Below, one piece after another: positions 9,042 through 20,229 of a stretch of 64,000 nt of DNA (positions are counted from its first letter, which is position 1; each line of letters opens with the position of its first letter). A model generated the notes under the pieces. That model was not told the origin of the DNA. It did not search any database and was given only the letters and a program-made list of their open reading frames with translations. Origin of the DNA: Nitrospirota bacterium (GTDB lineage: Bacteria; Nitrospirota; Nitrospiria; JACQBW01); contig JACOTA010000030.1 in NCBI GenBank assembly GCA_016178585.1, positions 5,776 to 69,775 on the forward strand. The letters are read 5' to 3'. Made by a program: the position numbers and the translations under genes.

Positions 9042-10116
9042 GTCCCAAACCCAACTGGAGGCATCGGTCGATAATGGCTTCAGCCGCGTCTTTTTTCCCA
9101 AGCGCCGCTGCTTTTTCAGCCATTAGATTCATCTGGTTCGGGGTTAAGAAAATCCCCTCAATTTTTTTTGCCAGCAGCCGGCCGTCCAGGTCTGCCTGGT
9201 CAATAACTTCAGCCGCACCCATTTTTTTAAAAAAATAGGCGTTTTTTTCCTGATGGCGGTGGGCCGCAAACGGGAAAGGGATTAAAATCGCCGGTTTCCC
9301 GCATGCGGTCAGTTCGGCAAGGGTTGTCGCCCCGGCTCTACAAATGACAAGATCGGAAGTTTCATAAGCCTGTGCCATATTAAAAATAAAAGGTTCCACC
9401 CTGGCAGATATTTTTTTGGCTTCGTATTGCTCCTTCACCCATTGAAAATCTTTGGGTCCCGTTTGATGAATCCATTGGATGGAGAGGCGGGGATCTTTCT
9501 TTAAAATGTCCAGCGCGTCGACAACGGCTTGATTAATAGCATGTGCCCCCTGGCTTCCCCCAAACACCAGGAGCGTCAACTCCCCTGATTCTTTTCCGGC
9601 ACGAATATTGATAATTTCCTTTCGGACGGGGTTCCCGGAGAAGAAAAACTTTTTCCTGGGGAAATAGGCTTTTGATCCTTCAAAAGAACCAAAAACCTGA
9701 TGGACCCAATGGCCCAATATTTTATTCGTTAAACCGGGAATGACATTCTGTTCCAAAATGATCCGTTTTATCTTTAAAAAGGCCGCAACCAGCAGAACGG
9801 GACCCGAAGCATATCCGCCGACGCCGATCACCAAATTGGGTCTAAACGCCTTCAAAAGGCGGTAACTTTGTCCAAGACTTTTAGGAAAACGGATCAAGGT
9901 TTTTAACAAAGTCATCCTGTTTTTCCCGATCCATCCTTCGACTTCAATGGTTTTAAGGGTAAACCCTTCTCCGGGCAAAACCCGCGATTCAATCCCTTTT
10001 TCCGTCCCGATAAATAAAATCTGAACCCCCTTGAAATAGTTTTGAAAAGCTTTAGCCAGCGCAATGCCCGGATATAAGTGGCCCCCTGTGCCTCCACCGG
10101 CAATGACAATTTTCAT
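9034..10116 (-). CDS. murG: Lipid II-forming GlcNAc transferase (undecaprenyl-PP-MurNAc-pentapeptide N-acetylglucosamine transferase) MurG
   Basis: N-terminus MKIVIAGGGTGGHLYPGIALA (ATG 10116). The 42-codon extension in the track ORF (to 10242) is read-through of the family-B repeat. Confidence 0.93.
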   Translation of the reverse strand: MKIVIAGGGTGGHLYPGIALAKAFQNYFKGVQILFIGTEKGIESRVLPGEGFTLKTIEVEGWIGKNRMTLLKTLIRFPKSLGQSYRLLKAFRPNLVIGVGGYASGPVLLVAAFLKIKRIILEQNVIPGLTNKILGHWVHQVFGSFEGSKAYFPRKKFFFSGNPVRKEIINIRAGKESGELTLLVFGGSQGAHAINQAVVDALDILKKDPRLSIQWIHQTGPKDFQWVKEQYEAKKISARVEPFIFNMAQAYETSDLVICRAGATTLAELTACGKPAILIPFPFAAHRHQEKNAYFFKKMGAAEVIDQADLDGRLLAKKIEGIFLTPNQMNLMAEKAAALGKKDAAEAIIDRCLQLGLGHV

Positions 10117-10124
10117 CTCTTTAT

Positions 10125-10249
10125 CCTGATCCGTCGATAAGGCACCATCTGCTGCGTTCTCGAATCTCGGCTTCCTCAACGTACATGATGCGTACGCCTC
10201 CGTCGCCTCGACTCTGCGGCCTTGCATCTGGAACCTTCTCAACGGCCAG
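10125..10249 (+). repeat. Family-B 125-bp miniature repeat filling the ftsW-murG spacer
   Basis: Shares about 45-nt left and about 40-nt right ends with 25200-25324 (CCTGATCCGT.GATAAG...CATCTGCTGCGTTCTCG ... CTGCGGCCTTGCA.CTGGAAC..TTCTCAACGGCCAG). The termini CCGTTGATAAG / CTTCTCAACGG are inverted repeats. Confidence 0.85.
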
Positions 10250-10254
10250 ATATT

Positions 10255-11427
10255 TCAACATCTCATCTCCTTACGTTGAAATTGCTCAGACTTTCCTGAA
10301 GGTTTTCTTGTCGCTCTCCTCCCATTTTTTCGAGAGATATTCATGAGAATCCCGATTGAAATAAGATTGACCCATAAAGAAGAACCGCCGTAACTGATCA
10401 ATGGAAGGGGCAGGCCTTTTGTCGGGAAAAGCCCGGTCACGACGCAAATATTAACAAACATCTGTAAAAAAATGAAGAAGGTAATTCCCGACGCGAGGTA
10501 AAAACTAAAAGAATCTTCCGTTCTTGATAAAATCCGTATTCCTCTGAAAATCAATAGTGAAAATAAAAAAAGAACGCCCAGAGTCCCGATCAGGCCGAAC
10601 TCTTCGCCAATCACTGAGAAGATAAAATCCGTATACGGCTCCGGCAAATAAAAGAGTTTCTGTTTACTCCCTCCAAGTCCTGTTCCGAAAGGACCTCCTC
10701 CCGCAAAAGCCAAAAAAGACTGCACCACTTGAAACCCTTCTCCTCCCTGCTCTTTCCAGGGGTCGAAAAAGGCCAGAAGCCTGTGCCGCCTGAAACCCAC
10801 ATGCAGGTAATGATAGATAAAGGGAAGCGAAAGTAAAAATAATATAAAAAGATGTTTGATTCTCGCGCCCCCCTGATAAATCAAAAGAAAGAAAACAGTC
10901 CCGATGATTACCGCAGAACCAAAATCAGGCTCTGCCAGAATGAGTTTCAAAAAGACCCCGAGAATCAATAGACAGGGGAGTATCCCTCTGCCGAACTCTC
11001 TAATTTTTCCCTTTTTCTTCGCGAGGTAGGACGCCATAAAAATAATCAATGAAAGATTGGCAAACTCTGACGGCTGGAAAGAGATCAGTCCCAGCTTAAT
11101 CCAGCGCCTCGAGCCATTGACCTGATTCCCGATCGAAGGGATGAGCGCCGCAAACAGACTTAAGGCTGAAAGGATTAAAAGAGGCCAAACGGCCTTTTCC
11201 AAAAGTTTGATCTCGATTCGAGAGAAAAACCAGGTCAGAAAAATTCCAATCAGAGCGTAAACCAGCTGTTTTTTGACAAAAAATCCAGAATCGCCATATT
11301 TGGCCTCTGAAATAACAGCGCTTGCGCTGTAAATCATCACCAGGCCGATGGAGACCAAAAGCAACGAAACGCTCCATAAATAAAAATCAAATGGCCCTTC
11401 CTTTTTGGAAAAAATAAACCCTTTCAA
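10255..11427 (-). CDS. ftsW: SEDS-family peptidoglycan glycosyltransferase FtsW
   Basis: 390-aa polytopic membrane ORF; FQPSEFANL, PTKGLPLPLISYGGSS motifs; dcw position. Confidence 0.93.
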   Translation of the reverse strand: MKGFIFSKKEGPFDFYLWSVSLLLVSIGLVMIYSASAVISEAKYGDSGFFVKKQLVYALIGIFLTWFFSRIEIKLLEKAVWPLLILSALSLFAALIPSIGNQVNGSRRWIKLGLISFQPSEFANLSLIIFMASYLAKKKGKIREFGRGILPCLLILGVFLKLILAEPDFGSAVIIGTVFFLLIYQGGARIKHLFILFLLSLPFIYHYLHVGFRRHRLLAFFDPWKEQGGEGFQVVQSFLAFAGGGPFGTGLGGSKQKLFYLPEPYTDFIFSVIGEEFGLIGTLGVLFLFSLLIFRGIRILSRTEDSFSFYLASGITFFIFLQMFVNICVVTGLFPTKGLPLPLISYGGSSLWVNLISIGILMNISRKNGRRATRKPSGKSEQFQRKEMRC

Positions 11428-12783
11428 TTAAACCAGTTCCTTTACCAATTTTTTAAATAGTTCTCCCCGTTCCTCGTAATCTCTAAACATGTCATAACTG
11501 GAACAGGCCGGAGAGAGTAAAACCGTGTCCCCTTTTCGACCCAGCGCAGAGGCCTTTTGGACCGCTTCCTGAAGCGTTTCCGTTTCAAGAATATCGACTG
11601 TTTCTTTCAACTCTTCCCGCATCCGGTTTCTTGCTTCGCCGATCAAGATCAAGGTTTTGACTTTCTGGCGGATCAGAGGAATAAGAGATGAAAATCCACC
11701 CCCTTTCTCCTTCCCTCCGGCAATCAGAATGACAGGAGCCTGAACCGTTTCAAGAGATTTCATCACCGCGCCGACATTTGTTCCTTTCGAGTCATTAATG
11801 TAGGTCACGCCATGAACTTCCCGGACCTTTTCAAGGCGATGTTTCAGGCCTTTAAATTCCGTTAAAACCTGTTGAAGGTTTTGAGGAGAAACCCCGGCTA
11901 AAAAGGCCATCCCGGCTGCCACAGCGATGTTTTCATTGTTGTGGCTCCCTTTAAGAGGAATAGACGCCACATCGCATATTTGTTTTCGGCTCATGCCATT
12001 CCTGTAATACAGGAAACTCTCTTCCCGGAAAATCCCCTCTGGAATCGATTCTTTCAAGCTAAACCAAACCACTTTGGATTTCACCTTATTGGGGAATTTC
12101 CGGATGACCGGGTCGTCCCAATTCAGCAGAGCGTAATCCTCTCTCCCCTGGTTAGCAAAAATATTGAATTTTGCCTTCGTATATTCCTCCATCCCGGTAT
12201 AGCGTTCTCCATGGTCCGGCGTAATATTTAAGAGAGCGGCCATTTTAGGATGAAAGGTTTGAATGGTTTCCAATTGAAAACTCGACGCTTCCAGGACAAT
12301 TGCCTCCCATCCTCCCTTTGGCGGGTCAAGAACCGCTTCCGAAGCCGGCAGACCTAAATTCCCGCCTACAAAAGTTTGTTTTCCTTCTTTTTTAAAAAAT
12401 TCGCCCAGCAGGGTCGTGGAAGTGCTTTTCCCGTTCGTTCCGGTTATTGCATAGATCAGTCGAGGATTTAAAAACCAGGAAGCCAACTCTAATTCTCCAA
12501 TAACCGGGATCCCTTTTTTTCTCGCCCCCCCCCAAAGGGGATTTTCGGCAGGGATGCCCGGGCTGACTACGATTAAATCAGCGGACAAAAAATCTTCAGC
12601 CTTATGCCGGCCCAGCTTAAACGCAACGGGAAGGGACTTAAATTCCGCCAGGTCCAGCCTGAGGGACTCATCCGAATCGGTCGCGGCTACATGAGCTCCT
12701 TTCTTTAGGAGAAGACGGACCGCCGATAGACCGCTTTTACCCAAACCGACCACCGTGACATCCTTGTTTTTTAAAGAAATCAT
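11428..12783 (-). CDS. murD: UDP-N-acetylmuramoylalanine--D-glutamate ligase
   Basis: 451 aa; [10 protein letters not shown] Rossmann motif, [12 protein letters not shown]-loop. Confidence 0.95.
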   Translation of the reverse strand: MISLKNKDVTVVGLGKSGLSAVRLLLKKGAHVAATDSDESLRLDLAEFKSLPVAFKLGRHKAEDFLSADLIVVSPGIPAENPLWGGARKKGIPVIGELELASWFLNPRLIYAITGTNGKSTSTTLLGEFFKKEGKQTFVGGNLGLPASEAVLDPPKGGWEAIVLEASSFQLETIQTFHPKMAALLNITPDHGERYTGMEEYTKAKFNIFANQGREDYALLNWDDPVIRKFPNKVKSKVVWFSLKESIPEGIFREESFLYYRNGMSRKQICDVASIPLKGSHNNENIAVAAGMAFLAGVSPQNLQQVLTEFKGLKHRLEKVREVHGVTYINDSKGTNVGAVMKSLETVQAPVILIAGGKEKGGGFSSLIPLIRQKVKTLILIGEARNRMREELKETVDILETETLQEAVQKASALGRKGDTVLLSPACSSYDMFRDYEERGELFKKLVKELV

Positions 12784-13856
12784 CTTAATTTCAAAGTACT
12801 TAAACTAAGCAACGCCAGAATAATGGCAATGATCCAAAAACGGACGACGACCTTGGATTCATGCCAACCTTTTAACTCAAAATGGTGATGGATCGGCGAC
12901 ATCAAAAATACCCTTCTTCCTCTTGTTTTATAGGAAATGACCTGTGTGATGACCGATAAAGCTTCAATGACGAAAATGCCTCCGACCAGAAGGAGAAGCA
13001 ACTCATGTTTTGAAACAATCGCCACGGTTCCAAGCGCGCCTCCGATCGGGAGGGAACCCACATCCCCCATAAAAACCGAGGCCGGGTAAGCGTTAAACCA
13101 TAAAAAACCAAGGCTTGCTCCGATAATGGCGCCGCAAAAAACCGATAGTTCCCCTGAACCTTCTATATAAGGAATCAGTAAATATTCCGCAAATTTATGA
13201 TTTCCCGAGACATAAGCGACGATTAAATAGGCAACAGACGTTACGATAATCGGCCCAATGGCCAGGCCGTCCAGACCATCCGTAAGATTTACGGCATTCG
13301 ATGCGCCGACGATTATAAAAATAATAAATGGGACATAGAACCAGCCCAGGTCTGGCAAAAAATGTTTGAAAAACGGAAAATTGAGTTTCGTCGAATACGC
13401 CGGGGAGTAAAATAAAATGATTGCGATGATGGAGGCGATCAAGAGTTGAAGACCAAATTTATATCGGGGAAGCAACCCATCCGATTTTTTCCGAACGACT
13501 TTTAAATAATCGTCCCAGAACCCGACCATTCCAAACCCAACGATAGCTAAAATGACCAGCCAAATATACCGATTCTTTAAATCGGCCCACAAAAGAGTGG
13601 CCAGGATAATTGCAATTAAGATCAGGATTCCACCCATCGTAGGCGTTCCCGACTTTACCTGGTGAGATTGAGGGCCTATTGCCCTGATCTGCTGTCCAAT
13701 CTTCCATCCTTGAAGCATTTTAATTAAATACGGACCGAGTAGAAAACTGATGATCAGAGCGGTTAAAGTGGCATAAATGGCCCGAAAGGTAATATATCGA
13801 AAAACATTGAGAAAGGCGTAGTGCGTGTGGAGAGGATATAGGAGCGAATAAAGCAT
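12780..13856 (-). CDS. mraY: Phospho-N-acetylmuramoyl-pentapeptide transferase
   Basis: 358-aa membrane ORF; [20 protein letters not shown] motifs. Confidence 0.96.
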   Translation of the reverse strand: MLYSLLYPLHTHYAFLNVFRYITFRAIYATLTALIISFLLGPYLIKMLQGWKIGQQIRAIGPQSHQVKSGTPTMGGILILIAIILATLLWADLKNRYIWLVILAIVGFGMVGFWDDYLKVVRKKSDGLLPRYKFGLQLLIASIIAIILFYSPAYSTKLNFPFFKHFLPDLGWFYVPFIIFIIVGASNAVNLTDGLDGLAIGPIIVTSVAYLIVAYVSGNHKFAEYLLIPYIEGSGELSVFCGAIIGASLGFLWFNAYPASVFMGDVGSLPIGGALGTVAIVSKHELLLLLVGGIFVIEALSVITQVISYKTRGRRVFLMSPIHHHFELKGWHESKVVVRFWIIAIILALLSLSTLKLR

Positions 13857-13857
13857 G

Positions 13858-15234
13858 TTATTCCTTCTTTAATAAGTCGAGAACTTTTTCCATCTTCATT
13901 CCTCGAGAGCCTTTAATCAATAACAGTGAACGATCCGCGGAAAGCTTTCTAATTTCCTCCGCTATTTTTTCGTGGGTTGAACAGACCTTGATGGATTCTT
14001 CAGGCATGCCGTTTTCGACGGCCCCTTTAAAAACCTGGCAAGCTTCAGGTCCGTATAAATAAAGACGTCCGATTTTTAACCGGCCAAGGGTTTTCCCTAA
14101 CTTAAAATGGGCGTCTTCAGAACTCCTTCCAAGTTCCAGCATGTCCCCTAAAACCGCCACAGTTCTTCGATTTTCCTCTTTTCCCAGATCAACCAGCATC
14201 CTGACGGCTGCTTCCATTGACGAAGGATTGGCGTTATAAGCGTCCAACAACACCTTGATTTGGTTATTTAAATCGACGATTTCTGATCTTAATGGGACGG
14301 GTTGAAACGAATTTAAACCCTGGATAATGTCCGACGACGCGCATCCCAGCGTCGAAGCGGCCGCGGCGGCTCCCATCGCATTATAAACATTGTGCGTGCC
14401 CGGAACGGCCAGGTGAATGACACTTTCATCTTTCTCGTGCTTTAACGTGAAGATCGTCCCTTGCCGGTCGGGTTGAATGTGAACTCCCCGAAAATCAGCT
14501 TCTTCTGCCAGTCCAAAACTAACCCTTCTCCCTTTTTGCCTCTCCTTAAGTTGGGAATAAAACGGGGTGTCCGTGTTGATCACGGCAACCCCTTCGAGCA
14601 AAAAATCGAGCAATTCCCCTTTGGCCTGGGCAACCCCTTCGGGACTCCCAAGCCCCTCAAGGTGGGCCTCTCCAATATTGGTTATTAAACCCATGGTGGG
14701 CCGGCCAATTTCACACAGACGACGCAGTTCTCCAGGGTGGTTAATTCCCATTTCTAATAAAATCATCTGATGTTTAGCGGTCATTTTTAAGAGGGTTAAC
14801 GGAACCCCGATGTGGTTATTCAAATTTCCTTCAGATTTTAACACGGAGTGTTTCAGCGCCAAAATGGCGTATAGCATCTCCCTGGTGGTCGTTTTTCCAT
14901 TACTTCCGGTCACGGCGATAACAGGCCCTTTAAAACTTTTCCGGACGTAAGCGGCCAATTCCTGCAGAGCGGTTAAAGGGTCATCAACCTCAATACAGAT
15001 CCCTTTAGAGCCGGCGCGGGAGCTTTTTTCTTTCAAATACCCAACAGCTCCGGCCTGACAGGCTTGATCGATAAAATCATGTCCATCAAAAGCCGGTCCC
15101 TTAAGGGGGATAAAAAGAGACCCGGGTTCAATCTTCCGGCTATCGGTAGAAACCCGTCCGATCCTCACATCCGCCTTCCCATGAATTAGTTTTCCGCGGG
15201 TCGCTTCGAGAATCTCATGTACGGTTAAGTCCAT
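13858..15234 (-). CDS. murF: UDP-MurNAc-tripeptide--D-alanyl-D-alanine ligase
   Basis: 458 aa; [11 protein letters not shown]-loop, Mur-ligase C-terminal domain; dcw position. Confidence 0.94.
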   Translation of the reverse strand: MDLTVHEILEATRGKLIHGKADVRIGRVSTDSRKIEPGSLFIPLKGPAFDGHDFIDQACQAGAVGYLKEKSSRAGSKGICIEVDDPLTALQELAAYVRKSFKGPVIAVTGSNGKTTTREMLYAILALKHSVLKSEGNLNNHIGVPLTLLKMTAKHQMILLEMGINHPGELRRLCEIGRPTMGLITNIGEAHLEGLGSPEGVAQAKGELLDFLLEGVAVINTDTPFYSQLKERQKGRRVSFGLAEEADFRGVHIQPDRQGTIFTLKHEKDESVIHLAVPGTHNVYNAMGAAAAASTLGCASSDIIQGLNSFQPVPLRSEIVDLNNQIKVLLDAYNANPSSMEAAVRMLVDLGKEENRRTVAVLGDMLELGRSSEDAHFKLGKTLGRLKIGRLYLYGPEACQVFKGAVENGMPEESIKVCSTHEKIAEEIRKLSADRSLLLIKGSRGMKMEKVLDLLKKE

Positions 15235-15237
15235 GTC

Positions 15238-16743
15238 CTAACACCCAAACCGGTGTTGCAGCGCGTCCCGGGCCACCAACCGGTCATCAAATTCAAATTT
15301 CACCTTCCCGACCCATTGATAATCTTCGTGGCCTTTTCCCGCAATCAGAATGGAATCGCCCGGTTTTGCCCCGGTAATTGCTGCCTGGATCGCTTCTTTC
15401 CGATTGACCATTATCCGGTACTCCCCTCTCTTCTCCCCTTTTAACGAGAGGAGCCCCGCTTCAATTTCTCTTAAAATTTGCATCGGGTCTTCACCTCGAG
15501 GGTTATCGGAGGTTAAAAAAATAGAATCTGCCCATTGGCCTGCGACTCTCCCCATTTTAGGACGTTTCCCTTTATCCCGGTCTCCGCCGCACCCAAAAAC
15601 CAGGATCATTCTTCCGGTTTTTATTTCCTGCAGCGTCGTTAACACCTTTAATAGAGCATCTTCTGTGTGAGCATAATCGACCAGCACTGTAATCGGATAA
15701 TCGCCGGAAACTTTTTCAAGCCGGCCCGGCACGGCTATGGTTTTTCCCAGAGTCGTTTCAATGATGTTAAGGGGGATCGAATGGCGGATTCCTACGCCCA
15801 CGGCGGCAAGAAGATTATAAACATTATAGGTCCCAAGCATGGAGGTGTGGATATGAAGCTCCCCGGCGGGCGTCTTCACCAGAAACGATGTTCCGGAAGA
15901 GGTCCTTTGAATATTAACGGCCTGAAGGTCCGCGCCTTCGCCAAAGCCATAAGTCCAAATCTCGGCTGACGTCAGTGTGATTAACTGTTTTCCCCAGGGG
16001 TCATCGATATTGACCAGCCCGAGCGGTTTTTTATTTTGAAAAACCGAATATCGAAGATCACGAAACAATCTCGACTTGGCCTGAAAATAACTTTCCATCG
16101 TGTGGTGATATTCCAGGTGATCCTGCGTCAGATTCGTAAAAACCGCCGTATCAAAAAAGGTCCCCCAAATCCTCTCTTGCGCCAGCGCATGGGAGGAAAC
16201 TTCCATCACGACATTTTTTATTCCCCGGGATTTCATCTGATGTAATAAAAACTGAAGGTCCGAAGATTCAGGAGTGGTATGACTCGATTTCTGTTTTTCT
16301 TTTCCAATCCAGTTTCCAACCGTTCCAATGAGGCCGGTCGGTCCCAGGTATTCCATCAAACTTCGAATGAGAAAGGAAGTGGTGGTTTTCCCATTCGTTC
16401 CTGTCACGCCCACGATCCCCAGTTGCTTCGAAGGATGGTGATAAAATTGAGACGCTATTTGAGCGAAAGACTTTCTGGAATCTTCAACTTGAATCCGGGT
16501 TGAGCGATCTTTTAATTCGCCGTTGGAAGAATTCCACTCTTCACAAAGAACAGCCGTTGCTCCGTTTTTAAGCGCTTCCCCGATAAATAAATGCCCGTCG
16601 GTTTTAACTCCCGACATCGCGGCAAACAAATAACCGGGTTTCACTTCTGCAGACGAATAGGTAATCCCTCGAATATCCACCTCGACAGGCCCCTCAATCC
16701 GTTCAACGGGTATTTCAGATAAAAGGCGCTTCAATTTCATCAT
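15238..16743 (-). CDS. murE: UDP-MurNAc-L-Ala-D-Glu--2,6-diaminopimelate ligase
   Basis: 501 aa; VTGTNGKTTT, TSDNPRGEDP (DNPR motif associated with meso-DAP-adding enzymes). Confidence 0.93.
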   Translation of the reverse strand: MMKLKRLLSEIPVERIEGPVEVDIRGITYSSAEVKPGYLFAAMSGVKTDGHLFIGEALKNGATAVLCEEWNSSNGELKDRSTRIQVEDSRKSFAQIASQFYHHPSKQLGIVGVTGTNGKTTTSFLIRSLMEYLGPTGLIGTVGNWIGKEKQKSSHTTPESSDLQFLLHQMKSRGIKNVVMEVSSHALAQERIWGTFFDTAVFTNLTQDHLEYHHTMESYFQAKSRLFRDLRYSVFQNKKPLGLVNIDDPWGKQLITLTSAEIWTYGFGEGADLQAVNIQRTSSGTSFLVKTPAGELHIHTSMLGTYNVYNLLAAVGVGIRHSIPLNIIETTLGKTIAVPGRLEKVSGDYPITVLVDYAHTEDALLKVLTTLQEIKTGRMILVFGCGGDRDKGKRPKMGRVAGQWADSIFLTSDNPRGEDPMQILREIEAGLLSLKGEKRGEYRIMVNRKEAIQAAITGAKPGDSILIAGKGHEDYQWVGKVKFEFDDRLVARDALQHRFGC

Positions 16744-16788
16744 GAAATTTTAACATTTTCTCATCTTTTCCAATAGTTTAAAAAACCT

Positions 16789-18534
16789 TTATGAATCTTT
16801 CTGAACGACCAGGACTCTTTTCGTGTCAAATGGAGGAATGCCAAGATAATTCAACGTCTGAGCGGCAATATTTTTGAAAACGGGGGCCGCAACACTCCCT
16901 CCCCATGTGACCCCTTTTGGGTGATGAATGACCACCAGAATGACCAATTGGGGGTCTTGCGCAGGAACAAAACCACCGAACGAACCTACAAAGTTATCCA
17001 TCGAGTAAGTGCGGGTCGTTGAATTAACCGTTTGCGCGGTTCCCGTTTTTCCCGCCGCGAGATAACCCGGTAATGCCGCCTTTTCACCTGTTCCCCCGGG
17101 AAGAACCACCGTTTGCAGAATCCGGGTCACTTCTCTGGCCGTCTGTTCGGAGATGACCCGTTTCGGGATTTCAACTTCCTCAAGATCTCCCTTTCCCGCT
17201 TCCCGGAGGGCTGTCTTGACAACATGAGGTTTGATGTAATAACCCCCATTGGCAATCGTGCTAAAGGCCGTTACCATTTGTAGCGGCGTTACCGAAATAC
17301 CCTGGCCGATGGCAATGGAGGCCACCGTTCTTTTCGGTAAATGGCTCGATGCGTTGACAATGCCTGAGGTTTCTCCAATTAAATCGATACCGGTTTTCGA
17401 CCCAAAACCAAACGCTTGAATGTACTGTTTCAGTTTTTTCTCTCCAAGGCGGAGAGCGACTTTAGCGGTTCCAATGTTACTGGATTTCTGAATAACCTGG
17501 GTAAAAGTCAGCATCCCCTCTTTGGCGTGATCATGAATCGGTTTTCCATCAATGTCAAAAGATCCGTTTTCGCAATAAATCGCCTCTGATGGAGAAACCA
17601 CTTTTTCTTCGAGGGCGGCCGACGCGGTCACGATTTTAAAAGTCGACCCGGGCTCATAAGAATCGGTAATCCCCCGGTTTCTCCAGTCTGACGGCGAGTA
17701 CGCACTAACTGAATTCGGGTTAAAATCAGGGCGAACCACCCAGGCCAGGATATCCCCCGTTTTGGGTTGCATGACAATGACTGTCCCGCTATCGGCGCGG
17801 GTTTCCTGCATCATGGCATCCAGTTCTTTTTCACTAATGTACTGAATCACTTCGTCAATCGTTAAAGTGAGGTCTTCTCCTTTTTTCGGGAACCGGTAGT
17901 CTAATCTCTTTGGGAAAATATCCTCTCCCCGGGCGTCTCGCTCGAGCGTAACGGACACCTTCTTTCCCTGCAAAACCGCTTCGTATTGCTTTTCAATCCC
18001 TTCCAGTCCCTTATTTTCCGCGCCCACAAACCCCAGGATATGCCCCATGAGATGTTTTTTCGGGTAAAACCTTTCGGATTCCATCATGATCCCTATTCCG
18101 TCGAAGCCCAGATTATCAATCGCAGTAGAAACTTCAGGGGTGATTTTTCGTTTAATCCAGACAAAGGACTTTTCTTCCGTCAGTTTCTTGACGAGAAAGG
18201 ACTTCGGCTGATCAACAATCAAAGACAATTCCCCGGCGACTGTCGAAGGATTTTTAATGGCAGAAGGAATGGCATACAGGGAAGGAACTTCCAGGTTGGC
18301 GGCCAGAATTCTTCCATTTCGATCGAGAACTTTTCCCCGTTCCCCTTCTATGACCACGGTTTTCTGGTGCTGGCGGGTTGCCTTTTTAGAGAGATTTTGT
18401 GTGATAAAAAGCTGTAAATAAATCAGCCTGGAGGTTAAAAGCCCGATCCCGAAAAGAAAAAAAAACACGATCAAACCCGTTCTGAAGAAGTAAGGTCGAG
18501 GAGGCGTCCTTTCTTTTAGGCGATCCTTTTTCAT
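16789..18534 (-). CDS. ftsI: Division-specific class B penicillin-binding protein (PBP3/FtsI)
   Basis: 581 aa; N-terminal TM helix, PBP dimer domain, transpeptidase motifs STFK, SSN, KTGTA. Confidence 0.93.
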   Translation of the reverse strand: MKKDRLKERTPPRPYFFRTGLIVFFFLFGIGLLTSRLIYLQLFITQNLSKKATRQHQKTVVIEGERGKVLDRNGRILAANLEVPSLYAIPSAIKNPSTVAGELSLIVDQPKSFLVKKLTEEKSFVWIKRKITPEVSTAIDNLGFDGIGIMMESERFYPKKHLMGHILGFVGAENKGLEGIEKQYEAVLQGKKVSVTLERDARGEDIFPKRLDYRFPKKGEDLTLTIDEVIQYISEKELDAMMQETRADSGTVIVMQPKTGDILAWVVRPDFNPNSVSAYSPSDWRNRGITDSYEPGSTFKIVTASAALEEKVVSPSEAIYCENGSFDIDGKPIHDHAKEGMLTFTQVIQKSSNIGTAKVALRLGEKKLKQYIQAFGFGSKTGIDLIGETSGIVNASSHLPKRTVASIAIGQGISVTPLQMVTAFSTIANGGYYIKPHVVKTALREAGKGDLEEVEIPKRVISEQTAREVTRILQTVVLPGGTGEKAALPGYLAAGKTGTAQTVNSTTRTYSMDNFVGSFGGFVPAQDPQLVILVVIHHPKGVTWGGSVAAPVFKNIAAQTLNYLGIPPFDTKRVLVVQKDS

Positions 18535-18878
18535 TTAAAAATACTTTTTTCGATTTCTCTTTCGGCTAACTCGACAGAAGGCCTTTTCTTATTTTGATCC
18601 AGTTCCGTCACCATGATTTTTTGGCCGGTCGAGGAAGGGGACATCCCCAGGCGGGTCACGGCGATCTGTTCAATCCGTTCCAGGGAAGCAAGGCTCGCAG
18701 TTTCAATTTGGAGTTCGGTATGAATTCGCTCAAGCGCTTTTTTTTCTTTTTGCATCTGGCTCATTTCGTAACCCAGCTTTACCACATGAATCTGATAAGC
18801 CAGGTAGCCTAACACGCCTCCAAAGACGAGAACGCCACACCTAACATAGACAAAGATCAGGGACTTTCTGTTTCTCAT
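18531..18878 (-). CDS. ftsL: Cell division protein FtsL
   Basis: 115-aa ORF with a single TM helix followed by coiled-coil; conserved slot between rsmH and ftsI. Assigned mainly by position. Confidence 0.75.
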   Translation of the reverse strand: MRNRKSLIFVYVRCGVLVFGGVLGYLAYQIHVVKLGYEMSQMQKEKKALERIHTELQIETASLASLERIEQIAVTRLGMSPSSTGQKIMVTELDQNKKRPSVELAEREIEKSIFK

Positions 18879-19777
18879 ACTCTCCTTTCGATAACTCTAA
18901 GCTTTGCACTGCGTGAAGCTGGATTTTCCCGGACCTCGTCAAGAGACGGGCAAATCGGTTTTTTAGTCCATTGGAACTCGGGATCTTTTTTTGTCTTTTG
19001 AACCAGGCTCAGAAAGGTTCGTTTTACAATCCGGTCTTCCAGGGAATGAAATGAAATGATCGCCAACCGGCCTCCGATCGTCAGATATTGAAAGATATTT
19101 TTTATGAAATCGGAAAGCGCCTCCAACTCCCGGTTTACGACAATCCGAAGCGCCTGGAAAGTGCGGGTGGCTGGATGAATTCTTCCATACCGGTAGACCG
19201 GAGGAACGTTTTTTTTAATAAGTTCAGCCAATTGCACGGTGGTCAAGATCGGGTTTTTTTCACGTTCATTCACAATGGCCTTTGAAATACGATTCGAATA
19301 GCGCTCTTCCCCATAGGTCCTGATCAGTTCATTCATTTGTTTTTCGGACAAATTTTGAATTAAATCAGAGGCTTTAAGCGAACTGGATTGATCCATTCTC
19401 ATATCGAGGGGACCGCTTTCCCGAAAACTGAACCCACGCTCCGGCTGACCGATCTGCATCGAAGAGACGCCCAGATCCGCAATGACGCCATGAACAACGC
19501 CTTTTATTTCCAGATCGATCACGGTCTGAAAATCCTTAAAATCGGCATGAAACAGATGATATCTCCCCCGAAACCTCTGACTCAGCCGTTCTTCGGCCAA
19601 TGTAAGGGCCGTCCGGTCTTTATCCAATCCCCACAAAAAACCATCAGGGGAGGATTTTTCAAGGATTGCCTCGCTGTGTCCTCCAGCTCCTACCGTGCAG
19701 TCGAGGTATCTTTTCCCGGGCCCCACATTTAAATAAGAAACCACTTCATTGACTAAGACCGGAATATGGGTGAGCAT
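18875..19777 (-). CDS. rsmH: 16S rRNA (cytosine1402-N4)-methyltransferase
   Basis: 300 aa; HIPVL, DCTVGAGGHS SAM motif, SFHSLEDR motif. Confidence 0.95.
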   Translation of the reverse strand: MLTHIPVLVNEVVSYLNVGPGKRYLDCTVGAGGHSEAILEKSSPDGFLWGLDKDRTALTLAEERLSQRFRGRYHLFHADFKDFQTVIDLEIKGVVHGVIADLGVSSMQIGQPERGFSFRESGPLDMRMDQSSSLKASDLIQNLSEKQMNELIRTYGEERYSNRISKAIVNEREKNPILTTVQLAELIKKNVPPVYRYGRIHPATRTFQALRIVVNRELEALSDFIKNIFQYLTIGGRLAIISFHSLEDRIVKRTFLSLVQKTKKDPEFQWTKKPICPSLDEVRENPASRSAKLRVIERRV

Positions 19778-20229
19778 TAAAATCCCAATTTAATTAACAA
19801 TTGCTTCATTCGGTTTTGAGTTTCCGGGCTTGCGTTAACTGTTTCCTGGGATCTCCACGTCTCACGATTCCAGATTTCAAACTTATGAAAGTGCCCCAAG
19901 AAGACAATTTCCCGATCAAGGTTGGCATAACGCCTTAAGTCACCTGACAAAAGGATTCTTCCCTGCTTGTCGATGGGACATTCCTCCGCGGTCGAAAAAA
20001 TAAACCGGGCAAACCGCTGAATATCTTCTTCAACCCGGGGAAGATTTTGGATTTTTTCAGCCACTTTTAGCCATTCGGCCTCCGGATAAACCGAAAGACA
20101 GTGATCCAGATCTCTGGCAATGATTAAAGTGGTCTCCTTTTTCTTGCTCACCAGTTTTTCTTTGAATTTCGCGGGAATATTAACTCTTCCCTTATCGTCT
20201 ATGTTGTATTCAAACTGGCCGATAAACAT
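19777..20229 (-). CDS. mraZ: Transcriptional regulator MraZ
   Basis: 150 aa; two SpoVT/AbrB-type halves with DDKGRVNIP and DKQGRILL; first gene of the dcw cluster. Confidence 0.95.
   Translation of the reverse strand: MFIGQFEYNIDDKGRVNIPAKFKEKLVSKKKETTLIIARDLDHCLSVYPEAEWLKVAEKIQNLPRVEEDIQRFARFIFSTAEECPIDKQGRILLSGDLRRYANLDREIVFLGHFHKFEIWNRETWRSQETVNASPETQNRMKQLLIKLGF

Noticed and set aside
10117-10242. N-terminal extensions in the ORF track for murG (to 10242), dcd (from 62378), hisD (to 45477), the glutaredoxin-like gene (from 60680) and pgeF (to 2564)
   Set aside because: The extensions read through repeat elements, hairpins or the preceding gene. Internal starts with SD sequences reproduce the canonical family N-termini.
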